A program made the position numbers and the translations under genes. Below are positions 52,675-63,718 of a stretch of 64,000 bases of DNA, piece by piece. The stretch's first letter is position 1, and every line of letters starts with the position of its first letter. The notes beneath the pieces are model-generated. The model was not told the origin of the DNA, did no database searches, and saw only the letters and a list, made by a program, of their open reading frames with translations. The stretch is from an uncultured Acidobacteriota bacterium. GTDB taxonomy: Bacteria > Acidobacteriota > UBA4820 > DSQY01. The stretch lies in contig CAVYWK010000022.1 in the NCBI GenBank assembly GCA_963772255.1, forward strand, positions 149,797-213,796, in the 5' to 3' direction.

Positions 52675-53281
52675 GAGCGGCCTCCTCCCCAACGCCCACC
52701 AAGAACTTTTCCTTAAGGCGGGATTCATCCGATTCCGTAATCCCCCGCGAGAGCGCTTCCCGGGCCATGGCCACGGCCGTGTCCGCCGCGTACCGCTTGA
52801 GTTCGCGCCGGGCGTCGATCATGCGCCTGTCGATCTCGTCCTTGGCCTCCTGGCGGATCCTCTGCCTGGCCTGCTCCGCGTCCGCCTGCACCTTCAACCT
52901 GTCGGCCTCGGCCTGCTGCTGTGCCGAAGCTTCAATGCCGGCCACCTCATCCTTGAGGCGCTCCATCTTGGCCTCGACTTCCTTGAGGCGCGCGGTGGCG
53001 TCTTCCTTGTCGTGAATGGCCTTTTCCAGGAGGTCTTGAATCTCCTGGGCACGGCCTTCGAAGAATTTAGGCGCCGGCCGGCGGAGCAAATACCAGAACA
53101 GCCCTGCCACCAGCAGGATATTGGCGACCTGCCAGGCGATCATGGGCACGCCCCAGATGGGGGCCGTCCAGGCCGACAACCCCTCGGCGCCACCCTCGTG
53201 GGCCTCTGCGGCTTCCTCGGCGAGAGCGGGAAGCCCGGCCAGGAGGACCGGCGCAACGAGCAGCCAGAGGCGCCGCCGCAT
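52658..53281 (-). CDS. atpF: F1Fo ATP synthase subunit b (with N-terminal extension)
   Basis: Single TM segment followed by a long charged coiled-coil helix. Confidence 0.75.
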   Translation of the reverse strand: MRRRLWLLVAPVLLAGLPALAEEAAEAHEGGAEGLSAWTAPIWGVPMIAWQVANILLVAGLFWYLLRRPAPKFFEGRAQEIQDLLEKAIHDKEDATARLKEVEAKMERLKDEVAGIEASAQQQAEADRLKVQADAEQARQRIRQEAKDEIDRRMIDARRELKRYAADTAVAMAREALSRGITESDESRLKEKFLVGVGEEAAHERGR

Positions 53282-53751
53282 CAGAGCGCCACCTCGCGGC
53301 CAAGGATCTTGGTCGCCATGAGTTTCACCAGGTCCGGAGTGGTTGCATCCAGCTCGCGCTTGATGACCGCCATGCTGGCGCTGAGCTCGGCCTCCGTCTT
53401 CTTAATCTCTCCGTCCATCTCTGCCTTCACTTCCGCCAAAACCTTGGAACGGTAGTCGTAAGCCTGGCCGCGAGCGGCCTCTTTGATGTGGGTTCCGCGG
53501 CGGTGCGCCTCGAGCACGGCCTGCTCGTACTCCTCGAAGCGCTGCTTGAGGGACGCCCTGGACTGCTCGGACAGCGTCCCGGCCTCGCGAATCCGCCCCC
53601 TGCGCTCGTCCAGCACCCTTTGAACGGGACGGAAGAGCACGAGGTTCAATAGAAATCCGTAGACCAGGATCAGGGCCATCAGGATGGGAATGTGCCAGGC
53701 GTTCTTCGCGATCTCTTCGAGCACGACACGGCCTCCCCAACGGGTTCCCAC
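53281..53751 (-). CDS. F1Fo ATP synthase subunit b' (second b-type subunit)
   Basis: A second TM plus coiled-coil b-type ORF directly upstream of b. The b/b' pair is typical of several phyla. Confidence 0.7.
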   Translation of the reverse strand: MGTRWGGRVVLEEIAKNAWHIPILMALILVYGFLLNLVLFRPVQRVLDERRGRIREAGTLSEQSRASLKQRFEEYEQAVLEAHRRGTHIKEAARGQAYDYRSKVLAEVKAEMDGEIKKTEAELSASMAVIKRELDATTPDLVKLMATKILGREVAL

Positions 53752-53807
53752 TCTTATGGGAAATGTCAGATTACCAGATTTCCCCTATGCGGTCAAGGGT
53801 TTGGAGG

Positions 53808-53882
53808 TGGTGGGCGGCACCGGATTCGAACCAGTGACATCCTGCTTGTAAGGCAGGCGCTCTCCCGCTGAGCTAGCCGCCC
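53808..53882 (-). tRNA. tRNA-Val (anticodon TAC), CCA encoded
   Basis: Manual fold: acceptor GGGCGGC/GCCGCCC, anticodon stem-loop CCTGC-CTTACAA-GCAGG, T arm GGTTCGAATCC. Confidence 0.8.
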
Positions 53883-53941
53883 GGTAAACCCACTCTAGCC
53901 CAGAGCCCGGAGACCGTCAAAGGGGTCCCCCGGGACGCCCC

Positions 53942-54145
53942 TCACCCTCCCCCCACGAACTGCACGATCTCGATGCGGTCCCCGTGGGCCAGCGCCGTTG
54001 CCGAGTACAGCTCCCTCGGAACGATTTCACCGTTTCGCTCCACGGCCACGCGAGGTGCCTGCAATCCCAGTGAATCGACCAGATCGAGCAGCGTCTGCCC
54101 TTCCGGGACTTCGCGGGCCGACCCGTTCACCACCAGGCGCATCAT
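53942..54145 (-). CDS. thiS: ThiS/MoaD-like sulfur carrier protein (C-terminal GG)
   Basis: 67 aa, MMRLVVNG...IEIVQFVGGG. Its start overlaps the upstream ORF stop (ATGA). The ORF track merges it into a wrong 287 aa frame. Confidence 0.75.
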   Translation of the reverse strand: MMRLVVNGSAREVPEGQTLLDLVDSLGLQAPRVAVERNGEIVPRELYSATALAHGDRIEIVQFVGGG

Positions 54146-54786
54146 GGGCCCTTCTTGGCGACGAGCGCCTTGTGCTGGAAGGCGCCCTTGGCGTGCAGCA
54201 CCTCCGTGAGGATCACGGCGTTCTCGCTCAAATCGGGCACCACGAAGGCGGCCGCGCACAGGCCCTGGCCGTTCGTCTGGCCGGTGAAGAGTTCCTGCGT
54301 CTGCCCGCTCGTGGAGGCCAACCGAACCGTCACCGAGGCCTCGGGAAGCGGGGTCTTGCTGATGTCCGTCGTGGCCTTGACCTGGAGCCATGCCTTCTCG
54401 CCCGCGTGAAGGGGGGTCTGATCGAGGATCTGGACGGAGAGTTTCTCCCCCTCCGTCTCGCTGGTCAGGTAGTCGAGGATGACCTCGTCCAGGCTCCTGG
54501 AGGAGACCAATCCGGCCCCGAAAGCCTCCTCGGGCTCCTTGGCGAACTTTCCGATCTTGATGTCGACCACCACACGCCGGTGCTGCTGTTCGAGCCGGGC
54601 CACGAGCTTGGCCTCGTCGTACCCCTCCTGGAGTAGATCCTCGTAGGAGACCTTCTTGGAGGACAGGATCTCCCCGCCGACGTAGATCAGGGTCTCGATA
54701 ACCGGGTTGGACTTGCCCCGGTCCTCGGTCTGAACATGGTAAATTTTTCCCTTGTAGGCGACATCTTGGTTGAATCCGGTGATCAT
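54142..54786 (-). CDS. Hypothetical protein, translationally coupled to thiS
   Basis: Likely start MITGFNQDVAYKGKIYHVQTEDRG. No recognisable family. Confidence 0.45.
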   Translation of the reverse strand: MITGFNQDVAYKGKIYHVQTEDRGKSNPVIETLIYVGGEILSSKKVSYEDLLQEGYDEAKLVARLEQQHRRVVVDIKIGKFAKEPEEAFGAGLVSSRSLDEVILDYLTSETEGEKLSVQILDQTPLHAGEKAWLQVKATTDISKTPLPEASVTVRLASTSGQTQELFTGQTNGQGLCAAAFVVPDLSENAVILTEVLHAKGAFQHKALVAKKGP

Positions 54787-54838
54787 CGGCCTTTTCCCGT
54801 CCCACAGAAGAACAGCATATTCAATGCGAGGCGCCCGC

Positions 54839-56215
54839 TCAAGGGGTGAGGGGGGCCAGCTTCGCCGTGAAGTGCCGGAGAAAGGGCGGCTCCTCCACGA
54901 CTCGGTAGCCGGCGTAGCGGTCTCGGTGTCGAACGATTTCGCCCGCCACCTCCGCCACGTACCCGAGATGGTTGTCCGTGTAAACCCTCCGGGGAATGGC
55001 CAGGCGAACAAGCTCGAGGGCCGCGGGCACTAAAGCCCCCGAGGCGTCGGACTTGCCAAACATGAAGGATCCGATTTCCACACCGCGAACCCCACCTTCG
55101 GCGTACAAGGCGACGGTCAGGCTCTGGGCCGGGTATTCGTGCGCAGGAATGTGCGGAAACGCACCCTTGGCATCGAGGTACACCGCGTGGCCCCCCGTGG
55201 GTTCGAGGATCGGCACGCCCGCTCCCAGGAGTGCCTCGCCCAAGCGCTCCACCTGTCCGATGCGGGCCGCCAGGTAGGCCTCGTCGGTGACCTCTTCGAA
55301 TCCCGCCGCCAGCGCCTCCAGGTCCCGTCCCGCCAGCCCGCCGTAGGTAGGGAAGCCCTCCCTGAGGATGAGGGCGTTCTTCAGGGTTCCCGCCAGGTCT
55401 CCGTCTCTCAGGGCCAGGAATCCCCCGATGTTGCCCAGGCCGTCCTTCTTGGCGCTCATGGTGGCCCCGTCCGCACAGTCGAACATGGCCCGGGCAATCT
55501 CCGGGATGGACATGCCCGCGCACGCCGGCTCGCGCTTCCGGATGAAGAAGGCGTTCTCGGCGAAACGGCATGCGTCCAGGAAGAACGGGACGGAGTGCTT
55601 TCGGCAGAGCTCGGAGGCCGCCCGGATGTTTTCCAGGGAAACGGGTTGCCCTCCGCCCGTGTTGTTGGTCACCGTCATCATGCAGATGGGCACCCGCTCC
55701 CGGCCCTCGGTCTTGAGCAGGTCCTCGAGGCGCTGGAGATCCATGTTGCCCTTGAAAGGGTGATGGGACCGGAGGTCGTGGCCCTCGGGGATCACCAGGT
55801 CCACGGCCCGGGCCCCGTAAAACTCGATGTTGGCCCGGGTGGTGTCGAAGTGGCTGTTGCTCGGGATCGTGAGGCCCGGCCGCGAGAGGGCCGAGAAAAG
55901 GATGTTCTCCGCCGCCCGTCCCTGGTGCGTGGGAAGAACGTGCTCCATCCCCGTGATGCCCTTGACGACCTCGTAGAAGCGGAACCACGAGCGCGCCTGG
56001 GCGTAAGACTCGTCCCCCCGCATGAGGCCGGCCCATTGCCGGTCGCTCATGGCGCCCGTCCCCGAGTCCGTCAGAAGGTCCACGAACACCGCCTCGGCGG
56101 GAATCATGAACAGGTTGTATCCGGCTTTGTCCAGGAGACGCAGGCGCTCCTCGCGCGGCGTGAGGCGGATCGCCTCGACCATCTTGATGCGGTACGGTTC
56201 GGGAAAGTGCACCAT
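54839..56215 (-). CDS. Tryptophanase / tyrosine phenol-lyase family beta-eliminating lyase (PLP-dependent)
   Basis: Family-typical length and sequence (459 aa, FVDLLTDSGTGAMS, ...SAKKDGLGNIGGFLA PLP-lysine region). GGGGGG SD before the ATG at 56215. Confidence 0.75.
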   Translation of the reverse strand: MVHFPEPYRIKMVEAIRLTPREERLRLLDKAGYNLFMIPAEAVFVDLLTDSGTGAMSDRQWAGLMRGDESYAQARSWFRFYEVVKGITGMEHVLPTHQGRAAENILFSALSRPGLTIPSNSHFDTTRANIEFYGARAVDLVIPEGHDLRSHHPFKGNMDLQRLEDLLKTEGRERVPICMMTVTNNTGGGQPVSLENIRAASELCRKHSVPFFLDACRFAENAFFIRKREPACAGMSIPEIARAMFDCADGATMSAKKDGLGNIGGFLALRDGDLAGTLKNALILREGFPTYGGLAGRDLEALAAGFEEVTDEAYLAARIGQVERLGEALLGAGVPILEPTGGHAVYLDAKGAFPHIPAHEYPAQSLTVALYAEGGVRGVEIGSFMFGKSDASGALVPAALELVRLAIPRRVYTDNHLGYVAEVAGEIVRHRDRYAGYRVVEEPPFLRHFTAKLAPLTP

Positions 56216-56265
56216 GATCCCCCCTTGTCTGGACTTTGGCACCGAGCGTGGGTCCCGCTGTCTCC

Positions 56266-59127
56266 TCACCCCGCGAGCAACCTTTTCAAGTACACTCCCG
56301 TGGGGGAAGTCACGACGCGAGCCACCTCCTCCGGCGTGCCCCGGGCGACTATCCGCCCCCCCGCATCCCCTCCGTCGGGCCCGAGCTCCAAGATCTGGTC
56401 AGCGCACTTGATCACATCCAGGTTGTGCTCGATGACCACCACCGTATTTCCGGCGTCTACCAGGCGTTGCAACACGGCGAGCAGGTATCGGACATCCTCG
56501 AAGTGGAGCCCCGTGGTGGGCTCGTCCAAGACATACAGAGTACTGCCTGTGGCCCTGCGGGACAACTCCCTCGCCAGCTTGATACGCTGGGCCTCACCCC
56601 CCGAGAGCGTGGTGGCCTGCTGGCCCAGGTGCAGATATCCCAGCCCCACATCCTGCAGCGTCTGGAGCTTTTTCGCCACGAGGGGCACCTTCTCGAAAAA
56701 CTCCAGCGCCTCGCTCACGGTCATGTCCAGGACCTCTGCCACCGTTCTCCCTTTAAATCGCACTTCCAGCGTCTCCCGGTTGTATCGCTTGCCCTTGCAG
56801 GTCTCGCAGGTCACATACACATCCGGGAGAAAATGCATGGCGATCTGGAGGACGCCATCCCCCTGGCACGCCTCGCAGCGTCCTCCCTTCACGTTGAAGG
56901 AGAACCGGCCGGGCTTGTAGCCCCGCGCCCGGGATTCGGGTACTTGAGCGTAGAGATCCCGGATGGGCGTGAAGAGCCCCGTGTAGGTTGCCGGATTGCT
57001 CCGGGGGGTCCGGCCGATGGGCGCTTGGTCGATTTCGATGACCTTGTCCACGAGGGCCCAGTTTTCGATGTTCCGGTGCGCGCCTGGCTTTTCTACGCCG
57101 TGATAGATCTTCTGAACCATGCCCTTGTAGAGGACCTCGTGGATGAGCGTGGATTTCCCCGAGCCCGAAACGCCCGCGACGACGGTGAAGGTCCCCAGCG
57201 CGATGGGCGCATCGATATCCTTGAGGTTGTTTTCCCGGGCGCCCCGGATCCAGAGCGTGCCGCGGGCGGGGCGCCGCCTCTTCGGCACGGGGACGCTGCG
57301 TCTCCCGGAGAGGTAGGCCCCCGTCAGGGATCGTTCGGCGGCGCACAGATCCTCAACGGTCCCCTCGGCCACCACCTCGCCGCCGTGAATTCCCGCGCCG
57401 GGACCCAGGTCGACCACGTGATCGGCGGCCCGAATGGTCTCCTCGTCGTGCTCCACCACCACCACGGTGTTCCCCAGGTCGCGCATGGCCATGAGCGTGT
57501 CGAGCAGGCGCCGGTTGTCCCTGGGGTGAAGGCCGATGGACGGCTCGTCCAAAACATACAGGACGCCGGTGAGTTGGCTTCCCACCTGGGTGGCCAGGCG
57601 GATGCGCTGGCTCTCTCCTCCCGACAGCGTCGCCGCCGAACGGCTCAGCGTGAGGTAGCCCAGGCCCACGTTCTCAAGGAACGCCAGACGGCTTCGGATC
57701 TCTTTGAGAACCATCCGTGCGATCTCTCGGTCCCGGCTGCTGAGATCCAGGGCTTCCATACCCGCGATGGCCCGGCTCACGGGCAGGGCCGTGAGGGAGG
57801 CGATGGTGTGCTTGCCCACGGTCACGGAGAGCGCCTCGCGTTTGAGGCGCAGACCCCCGCAGGCGGGGCAAGAACTGCTCGACATGAAGGACTCGATCTC
57901 CTGCCGTGCCATGTCCGACTTGGTTTCCTTGTAACGGCGCAGGAGGTTGGACATGACGCCTTCGAAGGCGTGTTCGAATTGGTACCTGCTGGATTCCCGC
58001 TTCACATCGTAGGCAATTTTCTTCCCCTCCGAGCCGTAGAGAACGGCCCGTCGGGCGACCTCCGGAAGCTTGTTCCAGGGAACCTTAAGGGAAAAGTCCA
58101 ACTCTTTGGCCAGGCCTTCCAGCATCTCTCGGTACCAGAATCCACCCTCCACGGGCCAAGGCGCCAGCGCGCCTTGAGCGATGGACAGGGAGGGGTTGGG
58201 CACGATCTTGGCCGGGTCCAGTTCCATTTTCACGCCGAGCCCGGAGCAGTCCGGGCAGGCGCCGTGGGGGCTGTTGAACGAGAACAGGCGGGGCTCGAGC
58301 TCGGGCAGCGCGGTCATGCACTTGGGACAGGAAAGGCGTTCGGAAAATAGCTGGTCCTCGCTCCCCGGTGCGGCGGCCTCCAGGCCCCGACCCGGCCCTC
58401 CGCCCGCACCGCCCCCCAGCCTGTGAATGATCATCAGGCCCTCGCCTTTCTGGAGGGCTAACTCGACGGATTCGGTGAGGCGCCCCTGGACATCGGGCTT
58501 GACCACGAGCCGATCCACCACCACTTCGATGGTGTGGGCCCGGTACCGCGCCAAGTCCCCCGTGCCTTCCAGTTCCACCACCTCACCGTCGATGCGCGCC
58601 CGCACGAAGCCCTCCCTGAGGAGGTCCAGAAAGAGCTTCTTGTACTCGCCCTTGCGGCCCCGCACCACGGGCGCGAGGACGTAGATCCTCTCGCCCTCGG
58701 GGTAGGCCAGGATGGCGTCCACCATCTGCTGCACCGTCTGGCTCTCGATGGGGCGGCCGCACTTGGGACAGTGGGGCTTTCCGATACGGGCGAAAAGCAC
58801 GCGCAGGTAGTCGTAGATTTCGGTCACCGTTCCCACGGTGGAGCGCGGGTTGTGGGAGGTGCTCTTCTGCTCGATGGAAATGGCCGGCGAGAGGCCTTCG
58901 ATGGCATCCACGTCGGGCTTTTCCATGAGGTCGAGAAACTGCCGGGCATAGGCCGAGAGGCTCTCCACGTAGCGGCGCTGTCCTTCGGCGTAGAGCGTGT
59001 CAAAGGCCAGGGACGACTTGCCCGACCCGGAGAGCCCCGTGAGCACCACCAGCTTGTTTTTAGGAAGGGTGATGTCCAGATTCTTGAGGTTGTGCTCCCG
59101 GGCGCCTTTGATGCGGATATGGTCCAT
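56266..59127 (-). CDS. uvrA: Excinuclease ABC subunit A
   Basis: Two ABC ATPase modules ([20 protein letters not shown]) and zinc-finger Cys clusters. 953 aa. Confidence 0.95.
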   Translation of the reverse strand: MDHIRIKGAREHNLKNLDITLPKNKLVVLTGLSGSGKSSLAFDTLYAEGQRRYVESLSAYARQFLDLMEKPDVDAIEGLSPAISIEQKSTSHNPRSTVGTVTEIYDYLRVLFARIGKPHCPKCGRPIESQTVQQMVDAILAYPEGERIYVLAPVVRGRKGEYKKLFLDLLREGFVRARIDGEVVELEGTGDLARYRAHTIEVVVDRLVVKPDVQGRLTESVELALQKGEGLMIIHRLGGGAGGGPGRGLEAAAPGSEDQLFSERLSCPKCMTALPELEPRLFSFNSPHGACPDCSGLGVKMELDPAKIVPNPSLSIAQGALAPWPVEGGFWYREMLEGLAKELDFSLKVPWNKLPEVARRAVLYGSEGKKIAYDVKRESSRYQFEHAFEGVMSNLLRRYKETKSDMARQEIESFMSSSSCPACGGLRLKREALSVTVGKHTIASLTALPVSRAIAGMEALDLSSRDREIARMVLKEIRSRLAFLENVGLGYLTLSRSAATLSGGESQRIRLATQVGSQLTGVLYVLDEPSIGLHPRDNRRLLDTLMAMRDLGNTVVVVEHDEETIRAADHVVDLGPGAGIHGGEVVAEGTVEDLCAAERSLTGAYLSGRRSVPVPKRRRPARGTLWIRGARENNLKDIDAPIALGTFTVVAGVSGSGKSTLIHEVLYKGMVQKIYHGVEKPGAHRNIENWALVDKVIEIDQAPIGRTPRSNPATYTGLFTPIRDLYAQVPESRARGYKPGRFSFNVKGGRCEACQGDGVLQIAMHFLPDVYVTCETCKGKRYNRETLEVRFKGRTVAEVLDMTVSEALEFFEKVPLVAKKLQTLQDVGLGYLHLGQQATTLSGGEAQRIKLARELSRRATGSTLYVLDEPTTGLHFEDVRYLLAVLQRLVDAGNTVVVIEHNLDVIKCADQILELGPDGGDAGGRIVARGTPEEVARVVTSPTGVYLKRLLAG

Positions 59128-59312
59128 CAGTCCTCCAAAACTTCCTATTTATCATACTCTTGGAGATTTTTCCAGAGCCTGAGGGGTAGGCAGTGGAATG
59201 CACCGCTCCGGGTCCTCAAGCGGTCCCTGCGTGGAGCGCCCCAGCCACAACGCAACCGGGGAGGCGATGAGCTTCCGCCTCCCCGGGAGTCGTGCGTCGT
59301 TGCCACCAGTTT

Positions 59313-60140
59313 TTACAAGGCGGCCTTGATCTCGATACCACCGTTGACCGTCTCGATGGAGAGCGTGCCCCCTCCGCCGTTCAGGTCCCCGGACAGGCTG
59401 TGTTTTTCCACGCTGAGACCCGCAAGTTCGTTATGGATGGAGCCGTTCACGTTCTCGGCTTCGAGTCGGACCGCAGCGCCCTTCGGAAGGCTCAGCGTGA
59501 CCGTACCGTTCACCGTCTCCAGCTTTCCCCCCGCAGGCTTCAGGGCCCTCAGGGTTCCTTCCACAGAACCATTGGTCGAGCTCACTTCGCGGACGTTCTC
59601 GACATCGAAGCGGATCCGGCCGTTGACCGTCGTGGCGCTCAGGAGCTTGGCCCCCTCGGCCCGGATGGAGCCGTTGGTCGTTTCGCAGGACGCCTCTGCG
59701 CCCGGGACGGCGATGGTGATGGTCCCGTTGACACCCGAGAGGTCGAGGTTCGTTCCCTCGGGGACGGTGACCGTGTATTCCACCGACATGGAGTAACCCA
59801 GGTTGACCAGCCCCTCCTTCGCGCTGGGGTAGATCGTTTTCACCACGATCTCACGAGGAGAGCTCTCGATGGCCACCTTGAGCTTCGAGAGCGCCTCCTT
59901 GGCCTTCTCCTGGTCCATGGCCTTGACCTTCTTCACCGCGACGACCTGGACCCGATTGCCCTCGGAGGCACGAACCGTGATGTCGCCGTTGACGTTTTCG
60001 AGCGAGAACCTGCCGCCCGCCTCGAGCGTGAAGGCGTGCTCTTCGCGGTCGTCCGCCGAAGCCGCCAGGAGAACGCTCGTGCAGGCGACGCCCAGCGCCA
60101 TGAGCATGAGCAACAGGATGGGAGCGATCGCGCGTTTCAT
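59313..60140 (-). CDS. DUF4097-like repeat protein (putative adhesin-like beta-helix), membrane-anchored or secreted
   Basis: Repeated VNGxI/VNGSI segments. N-terminal hydrophobic segment. GGAGG 8 nt upstream of the ATG at 60140. Confidence 0.55.
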   Translation of the reverse strand: MKRAIAPILLLMLMALGVACTSVLLAASADDREEHAFTLEAGGRFSLENVNGDITVRASEGNRVQVVAVKKVKAMDQEKAKEALSKLKVAIESSPREIVVKTIYPSAKEGLVNLGYSMSVEYTVTVPEGTNLDLSGVNGTITIAVPGAEASCETTNGSIRAEGAKLLSATTVNGRIRFDVENVREVSSTNGSVEGTLRALKPAGGKLETVNGTVTLSLPKGAAVRLEAENVNGSIHNELAGLSVEKHSLSGDLNGGGGTLSIETVNGGIEIKAAL

Positions 60141-60315
60141 GGTCCACCTCCTCGACCTCAATGTCTTGAACGCAAAGGGGAGGGGTTAAGTTTCCCCGGT
60201 AGGCTGCCTGGGGGTGGCACGTTGGTTCCAAGTGCGATAGACTCTCGCCCCGTCCCGGCGCGCCGATGCGCGGGGCGCCGTTCCGAGAGCGCCGCTCTCG
60301 AAGGAGAATCCGTCC

Positions 60316-60892
60316 ATGAATCTGAAGCCCCTCGTCTTTTCCGCCGCGGTTCTGCTCGCCTGCCTGACCCTGGCCTGCCAGAAGCCCGCCACTCCGAACG
60401 CCCCGTCCAAGGCGGTGCCGGCCGCCGCCGTGGCCTCCCCCTCTGATCCCGCTTCATCCGACCCCCTGCAGGCGGCCGTCGTCACCTATCTCACCAAGGT
60501 TCGCGGGCTTGACCTGAACAAGATGTCGCTGGAACTCAAGAATCAGCAGATTCATGGGGACAAAGCCACTTGCGAGGCGGCGTTCACCGTCAAAGGGGTG
60601 GCGGATATGCCCCCCATGGAATACACCTACGAACTGACCCAGGAAAACGGCGCCTGGAAGGTCACCGCGTCCAACCCCAAGGGCGGCGGTCATGCCGGTG
60701 CTCCTCCCTCCGGTGAGATGTCCCCGGGGCATCCCGGCGCCGCCCCAGAACGTCGGAGGTCTCGACATGCCGCCTGGCCACCCGCCGGTTGGCGGCGCTT
60801 CCACGGGCATGCCCGCGCACGGGAGTGACACGGCTGCTCCCGCCGGCCATCCCGCCACGAATCCCTCCCCCGCGCCGACCCCAGCGAAGTAG
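60316..60892 (+). CDS. Lipoprotein with a C-terminal Pro/Gly/His-rich repeat tail; frame break near 60730-60760
   Basis: Signal peptide plus lipobox (LLACLTLAC). The MSPGHPG and MPPGHPP repeats continue in the 60692 frame to a stop at 60892. Confidence 0.5.
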
Positions 60893-60979
60893 CGGCGGCC
60901 CGGCAGCGTTCGAAATGACAAGGCCCGGCGGAAAGCGCCGGGCCTTGTCATTATCCTTTCAAGAGGGTGGACGGCTCTT

Positions 60980-62335
60980 TCAGGGCAGAAGCAGCTCCAG
61001 GGCGTCTTCCAGGCGAGAGACGGGCTCCAGCCGGATGCCCTTCGGTGCCTTGTCCAGGCGCTTATAGTCGGAGACGGGCAGGACGCACCGGGTAAACCCG
61101 AGGGCCGCCGCCTCCGCGGCGCGCGCCTGCGCCGAGCCCACGCCTCGAACTTCTCCCGCCAGCCCCACCTCGCCGAAGGCTGCGAGGTCCGAGGGCATGG
61201 CCTTACCCCGATAGGCCGATGCCACGGCCAGGCACAGCGGCAAGTCCAAGGCGGGCTCGTCCAACTCCACGCCTCCCACCACGTTCACGAAAAGGTCCCG
61301 GTCTCCCAAGGTGATCCGTGCGGAACGCTCCAGAACCGCCGTGAGGAGCTGGACGCGGTTGCGGTCCAGGCCCAGGCTCATTCGCTTGGCCAGGCCGAAG
61401 GCCGAGGGGCTCGTGAGCGCTTGGATTTCGAAGAGCAGGGGCCGCGTGCCCTGGATGACCACCCCGATGAGCGATCCGGGAACGTTGAGCGGCCTGTCCG
61501 CCAGGAGCGCCGCCGAGGGATTCTCCACCTCCCTCAGCCCCCCTCCGGTCATCTCCAGGAGCGCCAGCTCCGAAGTGGCCCCGAAGCGGTTCTTCTGCGC
61601 TCTCAGAACTTTGAGATGGCGGTATTTTTCACCCTCCAGGTAGAGGACCGTGTCCACCATGTGCTCCAGGGCCTTGGGTCCGGCGATCATGCCGTCCTTG
61701 GTGATGTGGCCCACCAAGACCACGGGCATCCCCCGCCGCTTGGCGAGCTCGATCAGGCGCGCCGAGCATTCCCGCACCTGGGAGAGGGATCCGGGGGCGG
61801 AGCCGATGGCGGAGGTGCCGGCAGTCTGGATCGAATCCACCGCCAGCGCCGCGGGGTCCAGGCGCTCGACCTCCTGGAGGATGGCCTCCAGGGCCGTTTC
61901 CGCGTAGAGGTGCAGGGTCGGCGAATCCACGCCCAGCCTGCTCGCCCGGGAGGCCACCTGAGCCAGGGACTCCTCCCCGCTGGCGTAAAGGAGTGTCCTG
62001 CCCCGGGAAAGGTGACCGAAGAGCTGGAGGAGGAGGGTCGACTTGCCCACGCCGGGATCGCCGCCCAAGAGCGTGACGCCACCGGGGAAGAGGCCACCCC
62101 CCAGGACGCGATCCACTTCGGGCATCCCCGTGGAGAGGCGCTCGCCGTCGTCGGCCCCCACTTCGGGCAGGGGCGTCGCCCGGCCCGCCTTGGGCGGCAA
62201 CCCGGGGCGGGCCTCCTCGCCCCCGACGGTCTCCTCCAGGAGCGTGTTCCATTCCCCGCACCCGGGACACCGTCCCAACCACTTGGGGCTTTGCGTTCCA
62301 CAGCTCTGGCAGACGAACACCGTGCTCTGCTTCAC
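60980..62335 (-). CDS. radA: DNA repair protein RadA (Sms)
   Basis: N-terminal zinc ribbon CQSCGTQSPKWLGRCPGCGEW, Walker A GDPGVGKST, KNRFG motif, Lon-like C-terminal domain. Confidence 0.95.
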   Translation of the reverse strand: MKQSTVFVCQSCGTQSPKWLGRCPGCGEWNTLLEETVGGEEARPGLPPKAGRATPLPEVGADDGERLSTGMPEVDRVLGGGLFPGGVTLLGGDPGVGKSTLLLQLFGHLSRGRTLLYASGEESLAQVASRASRLGVDSPTLHLYAETALEAILQEVERLDPAALAVDSIQTAGTSAIGSAPGSLSQVRECSARLIELAKRRGMPVVLVGHITKDGMIAGPKALEHMVDTVLYLEGEKYRHLKVLRAQKNRFGATSELALLEMTGGGLREVENPSAALLADRPLNVPGSLIGVVIQGTRPLLFEIQALTSPSAFGLAKRMSLGLDRNRVQLLTAVLERSARITLGDRDLFVNVVGGVELDEPALDLPLCLAVASAYRGKAMPSDLAAFGEVGLAGEVRGVGSAQARAAEAAALGFTRCVLPVSDYKRLDKAPKGIRLEPVSRLEDALELLLP

Positions 62336-62440
62336 CTGAAGGACCTTTCACCACGAAGGCAGCTAGAGCACAAGGAGACTCTACCACTGCGCCCTTGGAC
62401 GGACTTTTTGCCGACCGTGGTGTACACCCTTCCCCCCGGG

Positions 62441-63718
62441 CTAACCCGCCGGGTACACCTCGCCGGCGATGACGGCGGCGACCACGGCGCCCTTGAACTT
62501 TATCCCCAGGAAGGGGCTGTTCTTGCTCAGGGATTTGATGTCGGCGGCGGTGAGGCACGTTTCCTTGCGAAGGGAGAAGAGGGTCAGATCCGCGTCTGCC
62601 CCCGCCCGGATGGTTCCCTTGCCCTCCAGGCCCAGGATCCGGGCCGGGGCACACGAAAAGGCGTCCACCATACGCTTGAGGGAGATGCGGTCGGTCCGCA
62701 CCAGGCGGTCCAGGGCCAGGGGCACGGCGGTCTGGAGCCCGATGATCCCGTTGGGTGCCCGATCGAACTCCACGGTCTTCTCCTCGTAAGCGTGGGGGGC
62801 GTGATCCGTGGCGATGCAGTCCAGCGTTCCATCGGCCAGACCGCCGATGACCGCGTCCACATCCTCCTGGCTCCTGAGCGGCGGGGCCATCTTGGCATTG
62901 GAGTCGAATCCGGCAACAGCTTCGTCCGTGAGGCTGAAGTGGTGCGGTGTGGCTTCGGCGGTGACCTGGATTCGCTTCTTCTTGGCCGCGCGGATGGCAT
63001 CCACGGCCAGCTTGGTGGAGACGTGGGCGATGTGGACGCGCTGCCCCGTCAACCTCGCCAGGGCGATGTCCCGACGGATCGGGATGGCTTCGGCCTCCGC
63101 GGGGATACCGCGCAGCCCGAGCCGCACCGACACCTTCCCCTCATGCATGACCCCATCTCCCACAAGCTCGGGATCTTCCGCGTGATCGATGACGAGCATG
63201 CCCAGGGATCCCCCGTACTCCAAGGCGCGGCGCATGACGGAGGACTTCACCACCGGCCTACCGTCGTCGCTCAGCGCCCGGACTCCCGCCTCCCTCAGTT
63301 CGGCGTAGGGCGCCAGCTCCTCGCCCTTGGACTCCTTGGTAATGGCGGCGATGGGGTAGACGCTCACCGGGCTCTGCGCCCTGGCGCGGTCCAGGATGTA
63401 GCGCGTCACCGAAGCGCAGTCGTTCACGGGATCGGTATTGGGCATGCAACACACTCCCGTGAACCCGCCGGCGAGGGCGGCGGCGAGGCCCGAGGCAATG
63501 GTCTCCTTGCGCTCGAACCCGGGCTCCCGGAGGTGCACGTGCATGTCGATGAACCCCGGGGCCACCACCAGCCCCGTGGCGTCGAAGACCTCCGCACCCT
63601 TGTGCGAAAGTTTCTTCTCCACCGCCTCGATGCGGCCGTCTTTGATGAGGATGTCGAGCGTCTCGTCGGTGCCCGTGGACGGGTCCACCACGCGGCCGTT
63701 CTTAATGAGCCGATACAT
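62441..63718 (-). CDS. pyrC: Dihydroorotase
   Basis: Metal-binding [10 protein letters not shown] and the amidohydrolase fold. Adjacent to pyrB. Confidence 0.9.
   Translation of the reverse strand: MYRLIKNGRVVDPSTGTDETLDILIKDGRIEAVEKKLSHKGAEVFDATGLVVAPGFIDMHVHLREPGFERKETIASGLAAALAGGFTGVCCMPNTDPVNDCASVTRYILDRARAQSPVSVYPIAAITKESKGEELAPYAELREAGVRALSDDGRPVVKSSVMRRALEYGGSLGMLVIDHAEDPELVGDGVMHEGKVSVRLGLRGIPAEAEAIPIRRDIALARLTGQRVHIAHVSTKLAVDAIRAAKKKRIQVTAEATPHHFSLTDEAVAGFDSNAKMAPPLRSQEDVDAVIGGLADGTLDCIATDHAPHAYEEKTVEFDRAPNGIIGLQTAVPLALDRLVRTDRISLKRMVDAFSCAPARILGLEGKGTIRAGADADLTLFSLRKETCLTAADIKSLSKNSPFLGIKFKGAVVAAVIAGEVYPAG

Noticed and set aside
53942-54805. 287 aa ORF-track call on the minus strand
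   Set aside because: This is the wrong frame. Its C-terminal 67 residues are a perfect ThiS sequence, while its N-terminal part is Arg/Gly-rich noise. It was replaced by thiS (53942-54145) and the 54142-54786 ORF in the correct frames.
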